Below, one piece after another: positions 57,247-64,000 of a stretch of DNA of 64,000 nucleotides; the stretch's first letter is position 1; each line of letters starts with the position of its first letter. The translations under genes and the position numbers were made by a program. The stretch spans positions 42,386 through 106,385 of the forward strand of contig CAZFTX010000001.1 of the NCBI GenBank assembly GCA_964521955.1, written 5' to 3'. Under the pieces are notes generated by a model that did not search any database, had not been told where the DNA came from, and was given only the letters and a program-made list of their open reading frames with translations. The DNA is from an uncultured Candidatus Saccharibacteria bacterium. Its GTDB lineage: Bacteria; Patescibacteriota; Doudnabacteria; UBA920.

Positions 57247-57321
57247 ACCCAAACTTGATACAATATTAGCATAAAGTAATGTCCTTCATTTTTATTTAAT
57301 TTTGATCAATTTTGGTCAATT

Positions 57322-58056
57322 ATGGTCAATTTACTAAAGCCTTTTTTTAAAGACCTACAAACTTTCTTTCTAGACACCCTTTTTCCCATTTACTGCCTTT
57401 CCTGCGGCAAAGAAGGAAATTTTTTATGTACCAATTGCCAAAAAACTATAACTTTTTTGAAGCACCAAACTTGTATTTACTGTAAAAAAGTCAGTTTAGG
57501 CGGGCAAACCCATTCCAGCTGTTTAAAACCTTTTAGCCCGGAAGGTTTAGTTTCTCTTTTAGACTACCGGGACGAAGTCGTGTCTGAACTTATTATTCAA
57601 GGAAAATATTACTTCGTTAAAAGTACGTTTGAACTTTTAGGACAACTCATGGCTCAAAAGCTTAAAAAAGACTATTCAAATTTAATTTTAGGAAAAGACT
57701 ATACAAACGAATTCATTCTTTGCCCAATCCCCTTACATAGTTGGCGCCACCGTTGGCGTGGTTTTAACCAATCAGAAGTTTTGTGTAAGGCAATTTCAGA
57801 AAATTTAAACTTAGAAGTGAGGGAATTTTTAGAAAGAAAAAAATCTACCCTCACACAAAAGGATTTAAAAAAAGACCAAAGGCAACAAAACATGGAAAAT
57901 GCTTTTGGTTTAAAAACCGGAGTAAACATTAAAGGAAAAAATATTTTTCTGGTAGACGACGTAACCACTACCGGCTTTACTTTACTTGAAGCTGTAAAGG
58001 CTTTAAAAAGAAACGGCGCCAACCAAGTATGGTGTTTAACCGCCGCAAAAGAATAG
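57322..58056 (+). CDS. comF: ComF family competence protein (double zinc ribbon + PRTase-like)
   Basis: LFPIYCLSC…LCTNC…CIYC, PIPLH…RGFNQS, LVDDVTTTG. Confidence 0.92.
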   Translation: MVNLLKPFFKDLQTFFLDTLFPIYCLSCGKEGNFLCTNCQKTITFLKHQTCIYCKKVSLGGQTHSSCLKPFSPEGLVSLLDYRDEVVSELIIQGKYYFVKSTFELLGQLMAQKLKKDYSNLILGKDYTNEFILCPIPLHSWRHRWRGFNQSEVLCKAISENLNLEVREFLERKKSTLTQKDLKKDQRQQNMENAFGLKTGVNIKGKNIFLVDDVTTTGFTLLEAVKALKRNGANQVWCLTAAKE

Positions 58057-58067
58057 CAAAAAGAAAT

Positions 58068-58093
58068 ACCGCGGGGTTCTTGAGCCCCGCGGT
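58068..58093. terminator. terminator between convergent genes
   Basis: accgcgggg…ccccgcggt with an upstream A-tract. Confidence 0.7.
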
Positions 58094-58104
58094 GACGACT
58101 TAAG

Positions 58105-58353
58105 TCAGGAATCACTTTTTTGAAGAGCCAGACTTGCAAGCAAAGCCTCAAGCTTATCGGCTCTTTCTTCAAGCGTGTCAACTCGATCCGCAAGAGAAGG
58201 CCCGTAACATTTAAGCGCATCCCTAACCGCACGTCGACAGAATCCAGATACGTCATCGCCGAGGCTTCTTGCGACTGACTCAATCAAATCGTAATCGGAC
58301 TCTGGAAGGCGAAAATTGACTTGCCTGCGTTTTTGAGGCGTTCCTCTTCTCAT
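58105..58353 (-). CDS. ribbon-helix-helix (CopG/Arc-like) DNA-binding protein with coiled-coil tail
   Basis: QVNFRLPESDYDLIESVARSLGDDVSGFCRRAV fits beta-alpha-alpha; GGAGG SD. Confidence 0.75.
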   Translation of the reverse strand: MRRGTPQKRRQVNFRLPESDYDLIESVARSLGDDVSGFCRRAVRDALKCYGPSLADRVDTLEERADKLEALLASLALQKSDS

Positions 58354-58463
58354 GATGTTCCTCCGTCCTGTTGAAATACGCCTATTATAATGCTACATTT
58401 CAACCCAAAAGTCAATACTAAAAAGCTGCATAACGCAGCTTTAAAATTCCTAATTCAAACTTT

Positions 58464-59165
58464 TTACTTCAAATACTTTTGTCTCAACTTTTCCGGAAAC
58501 CTTTCTATAGCATACCTTAACATGGTTCTAGGCATTTTTTGATAATGCTTTTGTAGAAAAACTTCTTCAGTTTTTTGACTAACTCTTTTGCCAACTTCTC
58601 GGAGCATCCACCCTACGGCTTTGTGAATTAAGTCATGTGTGTCTGAAAGTAAAATTTCAGCAATTTTAAAAGTATCTTTAAACTCTCCTTGGTTTATAAA
58701 AGCAAAAGTAGAAAGTATGGCAATTCTTTTCTCCCATAAATTTTTTGACTTTGCCAACTTAAACAAAATACTTCGGTCTTTGTCTTTTAAAAAATCACCT
58801 ACTATGTAAGGAGCGCTAGAGTCTACCAAATCCCAGTTATTAACCTGTTTAGCATTTTTTATATACCACTGATAAATTTCCTTTTTTATTTGAAATTTTT
58901 TATACTTATAAACCGCCACAAACAAAGCAGTCAACCTTTCTTCATGAACCTTGCTTTTAATTAAACTTGAAAGATCTTGGAGACTTAAGTCCAAATATTT
59001 TTTTGCAATTTTTCTTTGCTTCGGAACAGTTATACCCAAAAAGACATCCCCCTCACCATACTGTCCTTTCCCGGTTTTAAAAAAACGTTTTAAAAAAGCT
59101 GCCTTGTTAAAGTCAGCGTTTTTTAAAAGCTCGGCTCTTAAATTCTTCAAGCTTGAAGTTTTCAT
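58464..59165 (-). CDS. DNA alkylation repair protein (AlkD-like)
   Basis: FFKTGKGQYGEGD, NNWDLVD, LWEKRIA, DLIHKAVGWMLRE, MPRTMLRYAIE. Confidence 0.9.
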   Translation of the reverse strand: MKTSSLKNLRAELLKNADFNKAAFLKRFFKTGKGQYGEGDVFLGITVPKQRKIAKKYLDLSLQDLSSLIKSKVHEERLTALFVAVYKYKKFQIKKEIYQWYIKNAKQVNNWDLVDSSAPYIVGDFLKDKDRSILFKLAKSKNLWEKRIAILSTFAFINQGEFKDTFKIAEILLSDTHDLIHKAVGWMLREVGKRVSQKTEEVFLQKHYQKMPRTMLRYAIERFPEKLRQKYLK

Positions 59166-61609
59166 TTTTTCATTTTATCTTCCACGGCCTTTATTTGCAA
59201 AGTCGCTTTTAAAACTGTGTCCGGGTTTAAAGAAATACTGTCTATACCCTCTCTTACTAAAAATTCAGCAAATTCCGGAAAATCCGAAGGCCCCTGTCCG
59301 CAAATACCCACCTTTAAACCCAAAGCATGCGCTTTAACTATGAGATGATGAATAAGTTTTAATACAGCATGGTTTTTTTCATTACCCACATGCGCAACCA
59401 ACTTACTGTCCCTGTCCAAACCTAAAGTCAACTGGGTTAAGTCATTACTGCCAATGGAAAATCCGTCAAAAATTTTAGCAAAATCTTCTACCAATAAAAT
59501 ATTTGAAGGTATTTCAGCCATGACCCAAACTTGCAAATCACCTTTTTTTCGGTCTTTTTTGGGTTTTCGCTTAAGACCGTTCTTTGCCATTTCCGCGACA
59601 ACGCTCTCACCTTCCTCTGGAGTTCGGCAAAACGGAATCATTACTTGTAAATTTTTCAAACCCATTTCTTCCCTTACTTTCAACACAGCTTGGCATTCAA
59701 GAGCGAAAGCCGCAGAAAAGCCCTGGTCATAATACCTGCTCGCTCCACGCCAGCCAATCATAGGGTTTTCTTCATGCGGTTCATAGTCTGTACCGCCAAT
59801 TAAACCAGCATACTCGTTGGTCTTAAAGTCTGAAAATCTAAGCAAAACCTCATTTGGATAAAAAGCCGAGGCAATAATTCCAATACCGTAGGCCAGCTTT
59901 TGCACATAAAAATCTACCGGAGAACCAAAACCCGAAGAGAGTTCGTCTATTTGTTTTTTTACTTCCGGCTTTTCAATTTTGTTGTAATTTAAAAGCGCAT
60001 TCGGGTGAACTTTAATGTAATTGGTAATTACAAACTCTTCCCTTAAAAGCCCGACCCCCTTGTTGGGTATGAAAGAATGGCCAAAAACCAGTTCAGGATT
60101 GGCAACAATCATTTTAATCTCTGTTTTGGGCTGGGAAAAATCCTTTAAATTATGTTTGTCAATTTTAAACTTTAACCTACCTTCGTAAACCTTACCTGCC
60201 TCGCCTTCGCTGCAGGACACGGTTACTTCAGTACCGGTTGAAACTTTTTCCGTAGCGTTACCACACCCAACCACTGCCGGAATCCCAAGTTCCCTGGAAA
60301 CAATAGCCGCGTGACTGGTACGCCCCCCACTGTTAGTTACAATAGCACTTGCCATTTTCATAATCGGCTCCCAGTCGGGATCGGTTATTTCTGTTACCAA
60401 AACTTCACCGGGTTTAAATTCACTAATTTGGGAAGCGTCCTTAATAAAGTGCGCTTTGCCTTGGCCAATTTTGGCTCCCACAGCCGCACCTTGGCACAAA
60501 ACTTTCCCTGTTTCCAAAAGTACATATTCTTCCAAAACATTTACATCCCTTCTCGCTTGCACGGTTTCCGGCCTGGCTTGAACAATAAACAACTTTTTAG
60601 TTTCACCGTCATAAGCCCATTCTATGTCCATTGGCCTTTGGTAATGATCTTCAATCATTGCTCCCCAACGTGCCAGCTGCAAAATTTGTTCATCAGAAAA
60701 AACAAAACGCTTTCGGTCTTGTTCCGAAACCACAGCTTCCTTAGTAGGGCTTATACCCTCGGAAGAATAAATCAACTTTTTTTCTTTACTTCCCAACTTT
60801 TTGCTAATTATGGCTTTAAAATTCTGTTTCAAGGTTGGTTTAAAAACCATATACTCGTCTGGAGTAACCACACCCTTAACCACATACTCACCAAGCCCGT
60901 AAGACGCGTTAATTAAAACCACATCCTTAAAACCGCTTTCCGTGTCCAAAGTAAACATAACTCCGCTTGCGCCTCTGTCAGACCTAACCATTTTTTGCAC
61001 AGTTACAGAAAGCGCAATTTTAAAATGGTCAAAATTTTTGTCTACCCGGTAAGAAATAGCCCGATTGGTAAACAAAGAAGCAATAGCCTTTTTAATTGCT
61101 TCCTGCAGTTGATACTGACCTTTTACGTTTAAATACGACTCCTGCTGACCGGCAAAAGAAGCATCCGGCAAATCTTCAGCTGTAGCCGAACTACGCACCG
61201 CCACGTCTAGGTCAACTTCAGAAACTTTTAACTTCTTTGCCAACTCCGTATAGGCTTTGTTAATGTCGGCCTGTAAATCCTCGGGGAAAGTTGTAGCTAA
61301 AATTACCTGCCTGACTTTTTGACCCTTGTCTTCTAACTGTTTTAAGTCTCCGGTGTTTAAACCTTTTAAAATGTCAGCAATCTTCTTGTCCAAACCAGTC
61401 ACAGACACAAAATACCTGTATGCTGCCGCAGTTACTGCAAAACCGTAAGGTACTGCTATTTGTTCGCCCGGAAAAAGCTTTGACTTAGCCTTAGTCAAAT
61501 TCTGGAACATTTCCCCCAAATTTGCGTTTTTCCCTCCCACTAAAGGAATATCGTTTTTGCTAATTTCGTCAAACCACAAAATAAAAGTCTCTTGCCTGGT
61601 TTTGGGCAT
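59162..61609 (-). CDS. ppsA: phosphoenolpyruvate synthase
   Basis: VGGKNANLGE, AVRSSATAEDLPDASFAGQQ, GGRTSHAAIVSRE, FSIGSNDLTQ. Confidence 0.97.
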   Translation of the reverse strand: MPKTRQETFILWFDEISKNDIPLVGGKNANLGEMFQNLTKAKSKLFPGEQIAVPYGFAVTAAAYRYFVSVTGLDKKIADILKGLNTGDLKQLEDKGQKVRQVILATTFPEDLQADINKAYTELAKKLKVSEVDLDVAVRSSATAEDLPDASFAGQQESYLNVKGQYQLQEAIKKAIASLFTNRAISYRVDKNFDHFKIALSVTVQKMVRSDRGASGVMFTLDTESGFKDVVLINASYGLGEYVVKGVVTPDEYMVFKPTLKQNFKAIISKKLGSKEKKLIYSSEGISPTKEAVVSEQDRKRFVFSDEQILQLARWGAMIEDHYQRPMDIEWAYDGETKKLFIVQARPETVQARRDVNVLEEYVLLETGKVLCQGAAVGAKIGQGKAHFIKDASQISEFKPGEVLVTEITDPDWEPIMKMASAIVTNSGGRTSHAAIVSRELGIPAVVGCGNATEKVSTGTEVTVSCSEGEAGKVYEGRLKFKIDKHNLKDFSQPKTEIKMIVANPELVFGHSFIPNKGVGLLREEFVITNYIKVHPNALLNYNKIEKPEVKKQIDELSSGFGSPVDFYVQKLAYGIGIIASAFYPNEVLLRFSDFKTNEYAGLIGGTDYEPHEENPMIGWRGASRYYDQGFSAAFALECQAVLKVREEMGLKNLQVMIPFCRTPEEGESVVAEMAKNGLKRKPKKDRKKGDLQVWVMAEIPSNILLVEDFAKIFDGFSIGSNDLTQLTLGLDRDSKLVAHVGNEKNHAVLKLIHHLIVKAHALGLKVGICGQGPSDFPEFAEFLVREGIDSISLNPDTVLKATLQIKAVEDKMKK

Positions 61610-61680
61610 ATATTTTTGTTTCTTTTTGTTTGCTTATTACTATAATATTATACCACCAAATAATTCTTTTGTGTATTTTT

Positions 61681-61716
61681 TAGGTTAATTAGGTTAATTA
61701 GGTTAATTAGGTTAAT
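61681..61716. repeat. perfect 9-bp tandem repeat x4 (taggttaat)
   Basis: Read directly; overlaps the DUF167 stop codon. Confidence 0.9.
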
Positions 61717-61925
61717 TCTATTATCTTTTGCTTCGCCCTCTGCCCCCTAACTATTTTCAGGCGCGTTTTAGGCACACTTAAAAAAGCGGCCAAAGCTTCT
61801 AAAACGGCTTTATTCGCTTCCCCTTCTTTAGGCAAAGCTTTTACCCGCACCTCAAAATGACTTGGGTCTTTTTGCAAAACCTGAGTCTCTCTTGCTCGAG
61901 TCTTCACACTTACAAATAACTTCAT
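61707..61925 (-). CDS. DUF167 (YggU-like) protein
   Basis: VRVKALPKEGEANKAV…IVRG…K. Confidence 0.85.
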   Translation of the reverse strand: MKLFVSVKTRARETQVLQKDPSHFEVRVKALPKEGEANKAVLEALAAFLSVPKTRLKIVRGQRAKQKIIELT

Positions 61926-62014
61926 AAAAAACTTCACGAATTAACCATGGATCTAAAAATTTATTTTTAAATTTTCAAATCCATAATACATTAAACGAAG
62001 CGTTAGTGAAGTTT

Positions 62015-62108
<94 letters not shown>

Positions 62109-62150
62109 AAATACTTACATATTTTACTTAAAAAAAGCCTATTGGTCAAT

Positions 62151-62199
62151 AAAAATACGGACGGGGGTCAGAGGCCTTAGCCTTCAGCCCGCCGTCCGC
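62151..62199 (-). terminator. intrinsic terminator of the 62234-62830 gene
   Basis: cggacgg…ccgtccg followed by tattttt on the minus strand. Confidence 0.7.
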
Positions 62200-62233
62200 G
62201 AATTTCGGTCTTGCGAGAGAACTGTGGTTGCGG

Positions 62234-62830
62234 TTAGAGCGCCGAGACCTTCGAAAGCACTTTCGCCCAGCCGTCGGGGTGCAATCCCAGTTCCACACCT
62301 TCCAAGGTATGATAACTGAAATATTCCCGAGACAAATCAAAAGTGCCTTTAACTGCGCAGACCGCAAGGTCAATCATCGGGCCATGACCGAAGGCAACGC
62401 CCAACTCACCTTCTTCAAGCTGCGCAAACATCTGGGAGACTCCACCTCGGACAATTTCTGCCCACTCATCCACCACCTTTGCCACTCCATGACATGCGAG
62501 CATGGCATGAATGTTCCCTCCCGAAGCTGCAAGCGCCCGAAACGTGCTAGGCGACGTAATTTCAGAAAGCAACTCCTTAGTGCCAATTTGGGAAACAACA
62601 GGCGCAACCCTACCCACATGCCCGTGCCCCACAATGAACGAAGCCGCGGTCTGAGCCGTGCAGACATGCGGTCCGTGAAAAACGCAATCAATCCCAAACC
62701 GATCACTCATTGCACGATACGCAAGCCCAACATCACGGGCTAAATCTAATCCAGCAAGACTGAGGAATTTGAGCGATTCGCTCGCTTCTTCATCGGCATC
62801 GGCATGAGTGAGATAAATCAATCTCTTCAT
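62234..62830 (-). CDS. histidine-phosphatase (SixA/PGM-like) fold protein with degenerate active site, 198 aa
   Basis: IYLTHA (cf. LxRHG), FHGPHVCTAQTA (cf. SPxxRAxQTA), VAFGHG; AAGGAG SD; GC-rich. Confidence 0.65.
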   Translation of the reverse strand: MKRLIYLTHADADEEASESLKFLSLAGLDLARDVGLAYRAMSDRFGIDCVFHGPHVCTAQTAASFIVGHGHVGRVAPVVSQIGTKELLSEITSPSTFRALAASGGNIHAMLACHGVAKVVDEWAEIVRGGVSQMFAQLEEGELGVAFGHGPMIDLAVCAVKGTFDLSREYFSYHTLEGVELGLHPDGWAKVLSKVSAL

Positions 62831-63018
62831 TTCCTTCTCCTTCTTCATTTCAGATTTCGGACACAACAGGCAAGGGTCAAAAAACCACTACCCGTTGTGT
62901 CCAACTTAAAAAGAAGAAAACTAACCGCAAATTGTTAAAGTTCATTCGCAAATCACATTTCAGGCTTAAATCCGTCTACCTTTGGTAGACAAACTTAGGC
63001 ACCAAACCGTGATCTAGC

Positions 63019-63047
63019 ATTATAGCACTTTTTTTGCTCCTTGTCAA
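63019..63047 (-). promoter_or_regulatory. consensus sigma70 promoter with extended -10
   Basis: TTGACA-17-TATAAT with TGn directly before the -10. Confidence 0.8.
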
Positions 63048-63099
63048 TGGTGATCTTTTCATACTTGCTATGCTAAGATTTATGTATAATTCTCATACT

Positions 63100-64000
63100 A
63101 TGAATTCAATTACTAAAGAAAAGTTAGTCAAAATAATTAAAACTAATCACTGGTTAATCCAAGGGTTTAATGGTTTGCCAATTTACCTTCATAACGTTGC
63201 TACCAATACCGGATGGATGATAAAAAATATTACGGGAGTTACATATTCCCACTTTTTTTTAAGAATGCACGAAAGTAGGGCAAAATACTATTACGACGAG
63301 TCAGACTTAATTGCTATAGGTAATGGGTACTTTAAAAAAAATAAAAATGTAAAAGATTTAATTACCTTTAGACAAATTCAAAAAATAGACTACCTCAAAG
63401 CCAGAAAAACAAGTGGTCAGGTTCCTCAAAATTTAAATTCCCTGAATTTACGCCAACTAGTTTCTTTAGCAAAAAATTTGTCTTTTGAGTTAACTATGTC
63501 TATTGGTATCTCTCACTCAATAGAAGGCATTTCTTTTGTTAGTGAACAAAAATTAAAAGAATTACTAAACCAAAGAAACTCTAACACTCATGAAAATTTT
63601 CACCTTCTATCGTCTCCTACCAAGCCTTCATTTCTTTCTTTAGCTCAAACAGCTTTATGGAAAATAAAAAAATCCAAAGGCATACTACAAGAAAAATTAA
63701 TCAAAAAGTTTTTAAAAAGTTTTGGATGGATTGAAAATAGTTATGTTAGAGGGAAAATATTGTCTAAAAAACATGTTTTAGAAAAAGCCAAACACCAAAA
63801 ACATTTTTATTCCCCGAATGTCTTAAAAAAAACCAAAGCGGATAAAGCTAGCTTAATTAAAAAGCTACATTTAAACAAACAAGAACAATTTGTTGTTCAG
63901 ACCATTGAACTTTGTACAAGCTGGCAGGATGATAGAAAAAAATTCCTAATGCAAACCATTGGACGTTTTGAGCCTGTTTTGGAAGAAATCGCTAAAAGAT
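63100..64000 (+). CDS. partial hypothetical protein running off the window end
   Basis: Frame from ATG 63100 appears open (MNSITKEKL…FGWIENSY…WQDDRKK); may be the N-terminus of a PEP-utiliser mobile-domain protein. Confidence 0.65.
   Translation, partial: MNSITKEKLVKIIKTNHWLIQGFNGLPIYLHNVATNTGWMIKNITGVTYSHFFLRMHESRAKYYYDESDLIAIGNGYFKKNKNVKDLITFRQIQKIDYLKARKTSGQVPQNLNSLNLRQLVSLAKNLSFELTMSIGISHSIEGISFVSEQKLKELLNQRNSNTHENFHLLSSPTKPSFLSLAQTALWKIKKSKGILQEKLIKKFLKSFGWIENSYVRGKILSKKHVLEKAKHQKHFYSPNVLKKTKADKASLIKKLHLNKQEQFVVQTIELCTSWQDDRKKFLMQTIGRFEPVLEEIAKR

Noticed and set aside
61681-61716. Tandem or dispersed repeats as a CRISPR array
   Set aside because: No unique spacers between repeats, wrong lengths, no cas genes in the window

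Overview
AT-rich bacterial chromosome segment. Gene content and promoter style suggest a Patescibacteria/CPR (Parcubacteria-like) genome; this is an inference. Most of it is housekeeping: pyrG, rplI, ftsEX, prfB, a dTTP/folate cluster (tmk, thyA, folA, dcd), secE-nusG-rplK-rplA, folD, mreBCD-mrdA, proS, rseP, frr, holB, miaA, gatCAB, a short secA, lemA-htpX, recX, clpC, comF, ppsA and tRNA-Ser(GCT), plus a 2869-aa surface protein. Main results: (1) a complete diversity-generating retroelement (DGR) between prfB and ftsE, with RT 4806-5831(-), Avd 5817-6167 on the OPPOSITE strand, TR 6217-6344 and VR 6745-6872, where 19 of 20 TR/VR differences fall at TR adenines; (2) a dispersed family of ~120-190 nt structured non-coding repeats (six copies in two linked subfamilies) with compensatory base changes and tiny palindromes nested inside them; (3) several GC-rich orphan-gene cassettes, each with its own sigma70 promoter, strong SD and terminator, two of them behind leader-peptide attenuators; (4) a CIRCE operator on clpC. 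All alignments and counts were done by eye, and product names rest on motif recognition, not database searches.
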